Shown here: positions 35,436 to 45,680 of the stretch, piece by piece
Numbering within the stretch: position 1 is the first letter of the stretch
How the letters are laid out: every line of letters begins with the position of its first letter
Assembly: GCA_964646815.1 (NCBI GenBank)
Contig: CAZYFH010000012.1
Coordinates: 16,641 to 80,640, forward strand
DNA: 64,000 bases
From: an uncultured Vicinamibacteraceae bacterium
Lineage (GTDB): Bacteria > Acidobacteriota > Vicinamibacteria > Vicinamibacterales > UBA8438
Direction of reading: 5' to 3'
Translations under genes and position numbers: made by a program
The notes under the pieces: generated by a model
Seen by the model: only the letters and a program-made list of their open reading frames with translations
Told to the model about the DNA's origin: nothing
Database searches by the model: none

Positions 35436-37147
35436 TGGCGGGCCTCCAGTGCGAAGACGTGGAGGCCGTTGCCGGTGCGCGGACGCCGTTTCTCGGGGGT
35501 CAGTTCGGCGGGGAGCATCGTGCCCCAGCTGGCGCCGCCCACGCCGACAGGGATCGCGAGGTACTGCGTGCCATCGACGGCGTACGTGATCGGAAAGCCC
35601 TGTACGGAGTTCGGCAGCCGTGTCTGCCACAGGACCTCGCCGTCAGCCGCGTCGAAGACGAAGACGTTTCTGTCCCAGTCGCCGGCGACGGCGAGCCCCC
35701 CGGCCGTCGTCAACGCCGCGCTGTTGATCGGCGTGCGCGTCCGATGGCGCCAGACGACCTCACCCGTGCGCATGCTCATCGCGACGAACTGGCCCAGCTG
35801 GTCGGGGCTGTCCGGATGCACGTGATTGGTCCGGCGAACCGGCCCCGTGCCCCCACCGCCTTCGACTTTTTCCACAGGACCGAAGACCGCGGTTTCGCAG
35901 TTGAGGATCATCGGGATGTAGAAGATCTCAAGATCCGGGTGATAGGACATGGCGCGCCAGCTCTTGAACCCAGACGTGCTGGGACACCAGAAAATTTCCT
36001 TGCCTAGCTCCGGCACCATGCCGTCGCGGTAGGTGACCGCACCGGTGGCTGGGTCAACGTCTGCAAATGTCTGCAGGCCCATGTCGTACGCATTCCGGAA
36101 TCCTCCGGTGGCGAGGTCGAGCTCCCACAGCACTGCCATCTTTCCCATGCTGAAGACCGAGCGCTGCCCGTCGTAGTCGACGAGGATGCGCTCGAACACC
36201 TCGTCCATGTCGAGCGTTTCGGCCGGGAGGTGCTGGAAGTACCACTTCAACTCGCCTGTGTCGACGTCGAGTGCCAGGGTCGAGTTCGTGTAGAGGGCAT
36301 CGCCGTCGGTTCCGCGCGCCTCCGTCGCCCACGGTTTGGCCTGCGATGTACCGTGAAAGAGTGTCCGTGTGGTCGGGTCGTAACTCCCCGGAATCCACGA
36401 ATCGCTTCCGGCGCGGAACATCACCGGGAGATCTCCCCAGCTGTCTCCACCGCGTTCACCCGGCCGCGCGATCGTCGACGTGCGCCACGCCTCACGACCC
36501 GTGTCGGCGTCGAGCGCCACGATGTAGCAGGTGTCGTCGCGGTATTGACCGCACCCGGTCAACCCCGAGACCACCTTGCCGTCGGCGACGATGGAGCCGC
36601 TGGAGTACTGGAAGCCGGCGCCGCCGCCGACATCGGTATCCCACACGGTCCGTCCGGTTCGGGCATCGAGCGCGATGACATGCGCGTCAACGGTGTTCAG
36701 ATAGATCTTGTCCATATACATCGCGATGTTCCGGTGGATGCCGCCAGGGGGCGGGCCGCCCATGCTGCTGCCTGGCGGCACCGCGCCGCGCCGGTACTCC
36801 CACAGCAGCTCGCCGGTGGCAGCGTCCAGCGCCTGGACTGTTTCGCCGGGGTTTGCCAGATACATCACACCGTCGTGGACGAGCGGCGTCGTCTGCTGCG
36901 AGCCTTGATCCATCGCCCAACTCCAGACCAGCCGGATGGTGTGCGCGTTGTCTGTGGTGATCTGGTCGAGCGGGCTGTGGCCGTGGCCATCCAGCGTGCG
37001 GCGCCAGCTTAGCCAGTCGCCCGGGTCGGGTGTTTCCAGCATGGCGTCTGTCACAGGAGTGACGGTCGCTGCTACCTGGGCACGGCCCGCCGAGGCCACG
37101 AGCAGGCACGCACACAGGAGCGCGACGAGGGAGATGCGGGCGATCAT
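35432..37147 (-). CDS. PQQ-dependent dehydrogenase (quinoprotein alcohol dehydrogenase family)
   Basis: Signal MIARISLVALLCACLLVASAGRAQ. VTDAMLETPDPGDWLSWRRTLDGHGHSPL, and propeller repeats with W-docking motifs. Confidence 0.85.
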   Translation of the reverse strand: MIARISLVALLCACLLVASAGRAQVAATVTPVTDAMLETPDPGDWLSWRRTLDGHGHSPLDQITTDNAHTIRLVWSWAMDQGSQQTTPLVHDGVMYLANPGETVQALDAATGELLWEYRRGAVPPGSSMGGPPPGGIHRNIAMYMDKIYLNTVDAHVIALDARTGRTVWDTDVGGGAGFQYSSGSIVADGKVVSGLTGCGQYRDDTCYIVALDADTGREAWRTSTIARPGERGGDSWGDLPVMFRAGSDSWIPGSYDPTTRTLFHGTSQAKPWATEARGTDGDALYTNSTLALDVDTGELKWYFQHLPAETLDMDEVFERILVDYDGQRSVFSMGKMAVLWELDLATGGFRNAYDMGLQTFADVDPATGAVTYRDGMVPELGKEIFWCPSTSGFKSWRAMSYHPDLEIFYIPMILNCETAVFGPVEKVEGGGGTGPVRRTNHVHPDSPDQLGQFVAMSMRTGEVVWRHRTRTPINSAALTTAGGLAVAGDWDRNVFVFDAADGEVLWQTRLPNSVQGFPITYAVDGTQYLAIPVGVGGASWGTMLPAELTPEKRRPRTGNGLHVFALEARH

Positions 37148-37333
37148 GCCGACTCCTTCACACCGAGATCATTGGAACCATCGACATCCGTCCGAAACCT
37201 CTCCTAGACGGACAACGGTGAACGCCGCTGGAGAATATCATTAGAAGGACGAGTGGTTGTCGTATATGTCACGTTGTGTTGTCTAGGCTGACTGAGGCCG
37301 CAGGACGACTGACTCTTGGCGGAAACCTGAACG

Positions 37334-37771
37334 TTGATTAATTCGTTTGACGACAAGGTCGAGGCGTGGATCGAAAGGCTCGAGAGCGAATGCACCGAGG
37401 CCGATGAGGCCGACTCGGACGTGCTCCACCCGTCGAATTTACATGACACGCAGGAGATCGTCACCGGCCGGCAGTCGCCCGCGCGGCAGCCGGCGGCCGA
37501 CTTCGAAGCACGGCTCGTTGATCAGATGGCCATGCTGTCGTCCGCGCGCCGCGAGCTCGCGCGCACGGAGCAGCTGGTCGAGATGATGAAAGCAGTCTCG
37601 TCGGAGATACGCGCCCTTCGCGAGGAGCTCGGTCATCTGAAGCGGACATCGTCAGAGGTCTCCACCCTCCTGCGCGACGTCAGCGACATCAAAGATCTGT
37701 TCACCCGCATGAGCCAGCGTGGCGCAGCGCGCCGCAAGGCCAGCAATGCTAGCCGAACGGATCCCGACTAA
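37334..37771 (+). CDS. Hypothetical coiled-coil protein
   Basis: 145 aa ORF with an acidic N-terminus and heptad-like ELARTEQLVEMMKAVSSEIRALREELGHLKR. TTG start, so the start is uncertain. It follows an unusually AT-rich spacer. Confidence 0.45.
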   Translation: MINSFDDKVEAWIERLESECTEADEADSDVLHPSNLHDTQEIVTGRQSPARQPAADFEARLVDQMAMLSSARRELARTEQLVEMMKAVSSEIRALREELGHLKRTSSEVSTLLRDVSDIKDLFTRMSQRGAARRKASNASRTDPD

Positions 37772-37849
37772 TTCCTGAGCTCACGTGTGTTGCTCATGTA
37801 GGGCGAGTCTTCAGCCTCGCCTCGCGGGCCTAGCCTGCGATACGGACTC

Positions 37850-38539
37850 GTGTATCGTGACCAGATGGCCGTGCTTGAGGTGCGCGAAGTCTCGAAGCGA
37901 TACCACCGCGGCGACCGCGACATCACCGCGGTCGACGGCGTGAGCCTTGCGCTCGATCGGGGTGCCTTCGCCGCGGTGGTCGGGCCGTCGGGGTGCGGGA
38001 AGTCGACGCTGCTGCACGTCGCCGGGGCGATGGATCGACCGACCGGTGGCGAAGTCTGGCTCGAGGACCGCCGGCTCGGCACGCTTGACGACGATGCCCT
38101 GACCCGGCTCCGCCGCGAGCGGATCGGCTTCGTGTTTCAGTTCTTCAACCTTCTCCCGACGCTGACCGTTGCCCAGAACATCGGGTTGCCGTTACTCCTT
38201 TCCGGCAAGCCGGCGCAGGACGTCGAACGCCGTGCCGAGCGTTGGGCGGGGCAGGTCGGGCTAGAACACCGCCTGGACCACTTTCCGCAGCAACTGTCCG
38301 GTGGGGAAGCGCAACGCGCAGCGATCGCCCGTGCGGTCATTCATCGGCCGGCCGTCATCATCGCGGACGAGCCGACGGGCAACCTCGATTCGGCCAACGG
38401 CGTGCGCGTGCTCGATCTCCTCCGTGCCGTCAACCGCGAGACGGGTGCGGCGCTGCTCCTCGCGACACACGACGCGAGCGTTGCGGCCGCCGCCGACCGC
38501 CTCCTCCAGATGCGCGACGGACGCGTCCAGGAATCGTGA
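37850..38539 (+). CDS. ABC transporter ATP-binding protein (MacB/LolD-type; AttE-like)
   Basis: Walker A GPSGCGKST, signature LSGGEAQR, Walker B VIIADEPT. Alternative start at ATG 37865. Confidence 0.9.
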   Translation: MYRDQMAVLEVREVSKRYHRGDRDITAVDGVSLALDRGAFAAVVGPSGCGKSTLLHVAGAMDRPTGGEVWLEDRRLGTLDDDALTRLRRERIGFVFQFFNLLPTLTVAQNIGLPLLLSGKPAQDVERRAERWAGQVGLEHRLDHFPQQLSGGEAQRAAIARAVIHRPAVIIADEPTGNLDSANGVRVLDLLRAVNRETGAALLLATHDASVAAAADRLLQMRDGRVQES

Positions 38540-41136
38540 GGCTGTTCCGCTGGTTCATCGGACGCCACGTCCTGCAGCATCCGCTACGCAGCGCGACCAC
38601 GGTCATGAGCATCGCGGTCGGCGTGGCCGTTGTCCTAGCCATTCAGCTCGCCAACACTAGCTCGGTCCGCGGATTCGAGGTCGTGCTCGACGCCGTGGCC
38701 GGCCGGACATCGCTCGAGATCACGGTGCCGGGCGCCGCTCTGGACGAGACGCGGATCGCAGAGCTCGACTGGCTCCGCGCGTATGGGCTGATCAGCCCCA
38801 TCATCGATGCCGACGTGCGCCTGACGGTGCCGGGGGACGGGTCTGACGGCGTCACCGGCGGCGAGGTGACCCGCCTACTCGGCGTCGACATCCTGCGCGA
38901 CCGACCCTTTCGCGACTATGCGCTGGTGGATGCGGACGCGCCGACCGGGCAGAGCGTGACCACGCGGGACTTCCTCGACCTCCTCACCGATCCGCGCGCC
39001 GTCGTGCTCACGCGCGGGTTTGCGGACCTTCACGGGCTCACCATCGGCGACGACGTCGGTCTGTTGGTGGGTGACAGCGAGCGCCCGCTGGTTGTGGCGG
39101 GAGTGTTGGGTGATGTCGGGCCGGCCCGCGCCCTCGATGGCCATTTCGCGCTGATGGACATCGCGGCAGCGCAGTGGGCGCTCGACCGCATCGGGCGCGT
39201 CGATCGCGTCGATGTGCGTCTGCGCGAGGGGATCGACGTTGCTGAGACCGAGGCACGCATTCGGGCCCGGTTACCGGCGGGGTTCTCGGTGGACCGCCCG
39301 GCACGACGTGGCGCCGAGGTCGAGCGGATGCTCCGTGCGTTCCATTTCAATCTCACTGCGCTGTCGCTCATTGCGCTCCTCGTCGGGCTCTTCCTCGTGT
39401 ACAACACCGTATCGGTGTCGGTGATCACGCGGCGCGGCGAAATCGGCGTGCTGCGTACCGTCGGCACACCGCGAAGGGTCATTCTCGGTCTGTTCCTCGG
39501 CGAGGCGGTTGCCATAGCGGTCGTCGGCTGCGCGGTCGGCGCGCCGCTTGGGTGGGTCCTGGCGCAGGCGGCGGTCGGATTGACGTCGTCCACCGTGAGC
39601 CAGTTCTGGGTCGCGACGGCGGCGGCGGTGCCGCCACTCGATGCCGTCTCGGTCGGGTTGGCCTTTGCGGTCGGTGTCCCGCTTGCCGCGCTGGCCGCCG
39701 GCGTGCCGGCGCTCGAGGCCGCGCGACTCGCGCCGATGGCAGCCGTGCGGAGCGACGATCACCTGCGCGCGCGCGCGCGGCTGCCGCGACGGTTCATCAT
39801 CGGGCCGTGTGTGCTGTTCGTGGCGGGAGCGGGCCTGGCGACCCGCGGACCGGTCGGTGGGCTCCCGGTGTTCGGGTTGCTTGCCGCGCTCGCGGTCGTC
39901 TTCGGGGCAGCCCTCCTCGTGCCAGCCGTCCTGTTCGGCATACGCCGCGTCGGCGACGGGTCGCTCGCGCGGTGGCTGCGCGTCGAGGGACGGTTGGCTC
40001 ATGCGAGCCTTGGCGGCGCCATTCCGCGGGTGGCCATCTCGGTGGGAGCGCTGGCGGTCAGCCTGGCGATGATGGTGGCCATCGCCATCATGGTGGGCAG
40101 CTTTCGACAGACGGTGATCTACTGGGTCGGCCAGACGCTGCAGGCCGACCTGTTCGTGTCGACGGCCAGACGGTCGCTGGTCGGGGACCGCGCGGGGGTG
40201 TCGGAGGCCGGCGAACGGATCATCGCCGCGCACCCAGCCGTGGTGGCCGTCGACGGAGGTGCGGTGACCGACGTACGGTACGACGACACCGTCGTCGTCG
40301 TCGGATCGGGACGGTTCGACGTGCTGCTCGACCACGGCGGCTTGCTGTTCAAGGCGCCCGCGGACGGGCGGGCGGCGATGGCCACCGCGGTCGGTGTGGA
40401 CGCTGTCGTCGTGTCCGAGAGTTTTGCGTTGAAGCACGGCAAGGGCGTCGGTGACGCTGTCGAGCTCCCGACGCCAACCGGCCCCGCGAGCTTCCGCGTG
40501 GCCGCGGTGTATTTCGACTATTCGAGCGACCGCGGGCTGGTGATGATGGACCGACCGACCTTCACACGCCACTATGAGGAGCGGCGCCCGGCGGGCTTGT
40601 CGGTCTACCTGCGTGAGGACACCGACGTGGATCTCGTGCGCGATGAGCTGCTGGCAGCGCTTGGGGGGGCTCAGATCTTCATCAACACCAACGCGACACT
40701 CCGTGCCGAAGTGTTGCGCATCTTCGACAGCACGTTTGCGATCACCTACGCACTCCAAGTGATCGCGATCATCGTGTCGCTGTTCGGCGTCGCCGTCACC
40801 CTCTTGACGCTTACGTTGGAGCGGCGTTCGGAGCTGGCGCTGCTGCGACTGGTGGGGGGCGAGCGCCGCCAGCTTCGCCGGATGATCATGATTGAGGCGG
40901 GGGTGTTGGGGGGCGTGAGTCAGGCCATTGGTCTGGTCGTCGGTCTCGCGTTGTCGTTGATCCTGATCTACGTCATCAATGTCCAGAGCTTCGGTTGGAC
41001 CATTCAGTTCCATCTGCCTGTTGCGTTTCTCGCCCAGTCGACACTGCTGATCCTGGTGGCGAGTGTCTTGGCGGGCCTGTATCCAGCTCGACTTGCGGGA
41101 CGTTTCGGGCTTGGGGGGTTGTCGGTCGAGGAATGA
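38536..41136 (+). CDS. ABC transporter permease with two FtsX-like domains (AttF/G-like)
   Basis: GTGA overlap at 38536. About 866 aa with two blocks of 4 TM separated by large periplasmic domains. The upstream part of ORF 38242.. overlaps the ATPase gene and is discarded. Confidence 0.85.
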   Translation: MRLFRWFIGRHVLQHPLRSATTVMSIAVGVAVVLAIQLANTSSVRGFEVVLDAVAGRTSLEITVPGAALDETRIAELDWLRAYGLISPIIDADVRLTVPGDGSDGVTGGEVTRLLGVDILRDRPFRDYALVDADAPTGQSVTTRDFLDLLTDPRAVVLTRGFADLHGLTIGDDVGLLVGDSERPLVVAGVLGDVGPARALDGHFALMDIAAAQWALDRIGRVDRVDVRLREGIDVAETEARIRARLPAGFSVDRPARRGAEVERMLRAFHFNLTALSLIALLVGLFLVYNTVSVSVITRRGEIGVLRTVGTPRRVILGLFLGEAVAIAVVGCAVGAPLGWVLAQAAVGLTSSTVSQFWVATAAAVPPLDAVSVGLAFAVGVPLAALAAGVPALEAARLAPMAAVRSDDHLRARARLPRRFIIGPCVLFVAGAGLATRGPVGGLPVFGLLAALAVVFGAALLVPAVLFGIRRVGDGSLARWLRVEGRLAHASLGGAIPRVAISVGALAVSLAMMVAIAIMVGSFRQTVIYWVGQTLQADLFVSTARRSLVGDRAGVSEAGERIIAAHPAVVAVDGGAVTDVRYDDTVVVVGSGRFDVLLDHGGLLFKAPADGRAAMATAVGVDAVVVSESFALKHGKGVGDAVELPTPTGPASFRVAAVYFDYSSDRGLVMMDRPTFTRHYEERRPAGLSVYLREDTDVDLVRDELLAALGGAQIFINTNATLRAEVLRIFDSTFAITYALQVIAIIVSLFGVAVTLLTLTLERRSELALLRLVGGERRQLRRMIMIEAGVLGGVSQAIGLVVGLALSLILIYVINVQSFGWTIQFHLPVAFLAQSTLLILVASVLAGLYPARLAGRFGLGGLSVEE

Positions 41137-42266
41137 TGAGAGGCGGCAACTGGTGGTGGGTCGCGTGTGCGGTGCTGGTCGTCTGTGGCGGCGTGGCGGG
41201 GCCGCACGGGCAGGACCAGGACCCCCGTGAGTGGCAGTTCGCTGATCCCGCGTACACGCTGACCTTCCCGCGGGACCACGGTGCACACCCCGCGTACCGG
41301 ATCGAATGGTGGTACTACACCGGCAATCTGGAGACGGAGGACGGGAGCCGGCGGTATGGTTACCAGTTGACGTTCTTTCGGGTCGGGATCGATGCCGAGC
41401 CAGCGAACCCATCCCGTTGGGCGGTGCGCGATCTCCACATGGCCCATCTCGCCATCACGGATGTTGCGCGCGGGAGCCATCAGGTTGCGGAACGGCTCAA
41501 TCGCGCGGGCGTCGGATGGGCGGGCGCGAGCTCGGACACGCTGCGTGTCTGGAACGAGGATTGGCGCGCGGAGCTGGACGGCGCTACCCATCGGCTCCGG
41601 GCCGTGAGCGACGACGGCGAGATCGCGCTCGATCTACGGCTCCAGCCGGGCGGGCCACCCGTGCTCCATGGCGACGACGGGTTCAGCCGAAAGGGCGCGG
41701 CGGCGGGCAACGCTTCCCACTACTACTCGCTCACCCGCCTGCAGACCGAAGGCACCGTGAGCGTCGACGGCGAGACGATCGCGGTCGGCGGCCTGAGCTG
41801 GATGGACCACGAGTTTGGGAGCAGCTTCCTGGAGCCGTCGCAGGCGGGTTGGGACTGGTTCTCGATCCAGCTAGACGACGGCACCGACCTGATGGTCTAC
41901 ACGATGCGCCGTCTCGACGGAACACCGGATCCCTACTCGAGCGGAACCGTCGTCGCGCCGGCGGCCAACCTGCGTCTCACGGCGGACGACTACAGGCTCG
42001 TACCCGTCCGTATCTGGGCGTCATCCACAAGCGGGGCCGCCTACCCCGTCGGCTGGCGCCTCGAGGTGCCGTCGCTCGAGCTCGAGCTGGACGTCGCCGC
42101 CGCCGTCGATGCGCAGGAGCTGCACACCGACCGATCGACCAGGGTGACTTACTGGGAAGGGGTGATCGACGTCACCGGCACGCGCGCCGGCGAGTCCGTC
42201 GTCGGGTCCGGGTATCTCGAGATGACCGGGTACGCTGGACCGCCGATGAGCGACGTCCTTCGGTAG
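41133..42266 (+). CDS. AttH/CrtC-like lipocalin-fold protein (hydroxyneurosporene synthase family)
   Basis: ATGA overlap at 41133. FPRDHGAHPAYRIEWWYYTGNL, YGYQLTFFR, HYYSLTRL and SWMDHEF motifs. Confidence 0.8.
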   Translation: MMRGGNWWWVACAVLVVCGGVAGPHGQDQDPREWQFADPAYTLTFPRDHGAHPAYRIEWWYYTGNLETEDGSRRYGYQLTFFRVGIDAEPANPSRWAVRDLHMAHLAITDVARGSHQVAERLNRAGVGWAGASSDTLRVWNEDWRAELDGATHRLRAVSDDGEIALDLRLQPGGPPVLHGDDGFSRKGAAAGNASHYYSLTRLQTEGTVSVDGETIAVGGLSWMDHEFGSSFLEPSQAGWDWFSIQLDDGTDLMVYTMRRLDGTPDPYSSGTVVAPAANLRLTADDYRLVPVRIWASSTSGAAYPVGWRLEVPSLELELDVAAAVDAQELHTDRSTRVTYWEGVIDVTGTRAGESVVGSGYLEMTGYAGPPMSDVLR

Positions 42267-42276
42267 GGGGCTGCTG

Positions 42277-44178
42277 CTAGGCCGGCGTCTTCGGGTATCC
42301 GAGTCGGCCGAGCGCCTCGGTGATCTCGTCTAGGATGGCCGGGTCGTCGATCGTGGCGGGGGTCGTGTATTCCCGCCCTTCCGCGATCTTCTTGATGGTG
42401 CCTCGCAGGATCTTGCCAGACCGCGTTTTTGGCAGCCGGGGGACGAGCGTGGCCGCCTTGAAAGCTGCCACCGGACCGATCGATGAACGGACCTGTGCGA
42501 CCAACTCCGGCACGATCTCCTCTGGCCCGCGGGTGACCCCGGCTTTCGTGACGGCGAACCCGATGGGGACCTCGCCCTTGATCGCGTCAGCCACACCGAC
42601 CACCGCGCACTCCGCAATGTCGGGATGGGACGCAAGAACTTCCTCCATGCCGCCCGTCGACAGGCGGTGGCCGGCAACGTTGATGATGTCGTCGATGCGG
42701 CTCATGATGAACAGATAGCCGTCGTCGTCCTTGAACCCGGCATCGCCCGTCACGTAGTACCCCGGATGGCGTGAGAGATACGAACTCTCGAAGCCGTCCT
42801 CGTTGTTCCACAACGTGGGCAGACAGCCGGGCGGCAGCGGCAGCTTGATGACGATGCCGCCGATCGTTCCGGCCGGCAGTTCGACGCCGTCATCACCGAG
42901 TACGCGGACGTCGTAGCCGGGGACGGCGGTCGTCGGCGAGCCTGGCTTGACCGGCAACATGCCGAGCCCCACACAGTTGGCGGCAATGGGCCATCCCGTT
43001 TCGGTTTGCCACCAGTGGTCGATCACCGGCACATCCAGCCGGTCGCGCGCCCAGATCAGGGTGTCGGGGTCGCAGCGCTCCCCGGCGAGGAACAGCGTCC
43101 GGAACCGCGAAAGGTCGTACTTCGCCATGAAGCGCCCGTCCGGGTCCTCCTTCTTGATCGCCCGGAAGGCGGTGGGCGCCGTGAAGAGGACGTTGACGCC
43201 GTGCTGCTCCACCACGCGCCAGAAGGCCCCCGGGTCGGGTGTGCCCACCGGCTTCCCCTCGTAGAGGACCGTCGTCGCGCCGGCCAGCAATGGGGCGTAG
43301 ACGATGTAGGAGTGGCCGACCACCCAGCCGATGTCTGACGCGGCCCAGAACACCTCGCCGGCGCCGACGCCGTACACATGCTCCATGCTCCACTTCAGCG
43401 CGACCGCGTGCCCGCCGTTGTCGCGCACCACGCCCTTTGGGACGCCGGTCGTGCCGGAGGTGTAGAGGATGTAGAGCGGGTCGGTGGAAGCCAGCGGCAC
43501 GCAGTCGACCGGGGCGGCTTGCGCACACGTCTCCTGCCAGTCGAGATCTCGGCCGTCCACGAGCGGCGCGGCGGCCTGCGGTCGCTGCAGGATGAGACAG
43601 CGCGCCGGCTTGTGCGCTGCGAGGGCGATCGCCTCGTCGAGCAGCGGCTTGTACGGCACGACGCGTCCTGCCTCGATGCCGCACGACGCCGACAGGACCA
43701 TGGTCGGCGTGGCATCGTCGATGCGGGCGGCCAGTTCCTTTGGGGCGAAGCCACCGAATACCACGGAGTGGATCGCGCCAACCCGGGCGCACGCGAGCAT
43801 GGCGATCACCGCCTCCGGGACCATCGGCATGTAGATGATCACGCGGTCGCCGCGCGTGACTCCCTGCGCGGCCAGCGCTCCCGCCGCCTGGGCCACCTTG
43901 TCCCGCAGCTCGGTGAACGTGTACCGGCGCACGGTATCGGTCACCGGGCTGTCATAGATGAGGGCGAGTTGCTTCCCGCGCCCGCGGTCGATGTGGTGAT
44001 CGAGGGCGTTGTAGCAGGTGTTGAACTCGCCGCCGGCGAACCAACGGTGGAACGGGGCGCGGCTGTCGTCACGCACGCGGTCCCAGCGTCGAATCCACGA
44101 AAGCGACTCGGCAGCGGCGGCCCAGAATCCCTCCGGGTCGGCAGCGGCTTGGTGATAGACCTCTGGATAGGCACTCAT
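42277..44178 (-). CDS. prpE: Propionate--CoA ligase (PrpE/ACSS3-like)
   Basis: ATG 44178 gives MSAYPEVYHQAAADPEGFWAAAAESLSWIRRW..PFHRWFAGGEFNTCYNALDHH..IYMPMVPEAVIAMLACARVGAIHSVVFGGFA. The upstream 165 aa of the listed ORF is discarded. Confidence 0.85.
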   Translation of the reverse strand: MSAYPEVYHQAAADPEGFWAAAAESLSWIRRWDRVRDDSRAPFHRWFAGGEFNTCYNALDHHIDRGRGKQLALIYDSPVTDTVRRYTFTELRDKVAQAAGALAAQGVTRGDRVIIYMPMVPEAVIAMLACARVGAIHSVVFGGFAPKELAARIDDATPTMVLSASCGIEAGRVVPYKPLLDEAIALAAHKPARCLILQRPQAAAPLVDGRDLDWQETCAQAAPVDCVPLASTDPLYILYTSGTTGVPKGVVRDNGGHAVALKWSMEHVYGVGAGEVFWAASDIGWVVGHSYIVYAPLLAGATTVLYEGKPVGTPDPGAFWRVVEQHGVNVLFTAPTAFRAIKKEDPDGRFMAKYDLSRFRTLFLAGERCDPDTLIWARDRLDVPVIDHWWQTETGWPIAANCVGLGMLPVKPGSPTTAVPGYDVRVLGDDGVELPAGTIGGIVIKLPLPPGCLPTLWNNEDGFESSYLSRHPGYYVTGDAGFKDDDGYLFIMSRIDDIINVAGHRLSTGGMEEVLASHPDIAECAVVGVADAIKGEVPIGFAVTKAGVTRGPEEIVPELVAQVRSSIGPVAAFKAATLVPRLPKTRSGKILRGTIKKIAEGREYTTPATIDDPAILDEITEALGRLGYPKTPA

Positions 44179-44292
44179 GAGTGGACATCCTACCGCAGAG
44201 GACCGACCTGTCCCTCCCGAATCACCGCCAGACACGGCCCCGTCGTATACAATCAGCATACGGTCTGATTTAACCCTCGTGGGAGGCACATC

Positions 44293-44661
44293 ATGAGACT
44301 CGGGACCCGAGCGATGGGATGGTGCGCAGTGCTGGTGGTTCTCAGCGTGGCGACCGCCATCGCGCATCTCCGCGTGGACAAGACGACGCCGGAGGCTAAC
44401 GCAGTATTGGCCGACGCGCCGCAGCACATCCAGGTGTGGTTCACACAGAGTCCAGATCCGGCGATCAGCCTGCTCACGCTTGAGGGTCCCGATGGGGCGA
44501 TCGAACTGGGCGACACGATGATTCACGAGGACAAGTCGCTGATGGCCATGTTGCCATCGGCGCTGGATCACGGCTCGTACACCGTGAAGTGGCGGACCGC
44601 TGGGAACGACGGTCACGCGCTGCGCGGTGATTTTGCCTTCACCGTTCGGGCCGCCGATTAG
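44293..44661 (+). CDS. copC: CopC-domain periplasmic copper-binding protein
   Basis: The signal ends AIA|HLRVDKTTPEANAVL. YTVKWRTAGNDGHALRGDFAFTV. Confidence 0.85.
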   Translation: MRLGTRAMGWCAVLVVLSVATAIAHLRVDKTTPEANAVLADAPQHIQVWFTQSPDPAISLLTLEGPDGAIELGDTMIHEDKSLMAMLPSALDHGSYTVKWRTAGNDGHALRGDFAFTVRAAD

Positions 44662-44741
44662 TCCCTCGTCAGTCACGCGCGGGGGCGGCGACAGACATCC
44701 GAACGGGTCGGCTACGCCGCAACCTGCGGTGCACCCTCCGT

Positions 44742-45671
44742 ATGAGCCCCGCGTCGCTCGCCGTCGCTTACCTGGCCGTCGCGAATTGGGTGACCTATCT
44801 CGGGCTCTTCGGGCTCACCGGTGCGACGACGGCCCGCGCCGTCATGAGTTCCCTCCGCCCCACCGCGCGGACCCTCCCGACGGGTGTGTGGCCGCAGCTC
44901 GAACGCCGGCTGTACAGAGTGGGTGTCCTCTCGACGGTCATGCTGGTAGCCGCCGCCGTCGCGCGTCTCTACGCGCAGACCTACTCTGTCTTCGGCCTGG
45001 ACGAGCCAGTGACCATCGAGTTGGTGCGGATCATTGCCCTGGAGAGTCGGTGGGGCACATTCTGGCTTCCGCAAGTCGTCGTGGCGGCCGGGGCGGCGGT
45101 GACGATCGGGTGGGCTGCGATCCGACCTCGTCCTGGCTGGCGGGCCACTGCGGTCATGGTTGTGCTGCTCTGGGTTACGTTGCCGTTGACCGGGCACGCG
45201 GTGACACTCGGCACGTACCTGCCGTGGCTCCTCCAGATTGGCCACGGGCTGGCCGCCGCGGCCTGGCTCGGTACGCTGGCGGTCGTGCTGGCGGTCGCGG
45301 CCGTCGCGACGACGGAGCCCGGCGCCGACGCATGGGTCTCTGCCGTCATCGACCGCTTTTCGCGGCTCGCCGTCTGGGCCGTGTCCATCGTGTTGGTGAC
45401 CGGCGGCGCCACGGCGTGGTTGTATATCAATTCGCTCAGCCAGCTCCGGACGACCTCCTGGGGCCTGACGCTGCTCGCGAAGTTCGTTCTGGTCGCGGCC
45501 ACCGGCGCTGTTGGGGCGTACAATTGGCGGCGGGTCCGGCCGCAGCTCGGGAATGCTGCCGGCACACGCACCTTGGTCCGCTCCGCTCGACTGGAGCTCG
45601 CGCTCGGTGTCGTGCTTCTGGCGATAACCGCCGTCCTCGTGCATCTGGCGATGCCCTACGAATTGGAGTAA
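44742..45671 (+). CDS. copD: CopD-family copper resistance membrane protein
   Basis: Eight hydrophobic segments. LPLTGHAV..HGLAAAAWLGTL and KFVLVAATGAVGAYNW motifs. Confidence 0.8.
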   Translation: MSPASLAVAYLAVANWVTYLGLFGLTGATTARAVMSSLRPTARTLPTGVWPQLERRLYRVGVLSTVMLVAAAVARLYAQTYSVFGLDEPVTIELVRIIALESRWGTFWLPQVVVAAGAAVTIGWAAIRPRPGWRATAVMVVLLWVTLPLTGHAVTLGTYLPWLLQIGHGLAAAAWLGTLAVVLAVAAVATTEPGADAWVSAVIDRFSRLAVWAVSIVLVTGGATAWLYINSLSQLRTTSWGLTLLAKFVLVAATGAVGAYNWRRVRPQLGNAAGTRTLVRSARLELALGVVLLAITAVLVHLAMPYELE

Positions 45672-45680
45672 AAGACCTCC

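Noticed and set aside
39775-39789. (GC)7 dinucleotide run inside the permease gene as a phase-variation tract; also homopolymers C7 at 7318-7324 and T7 at about 22156-22162
   Set aside because: These are short tracts encoding ordinary residues (RARAR, NPP, FF) in GC-rich DNA, with no evidence of length variation from a single sequence.
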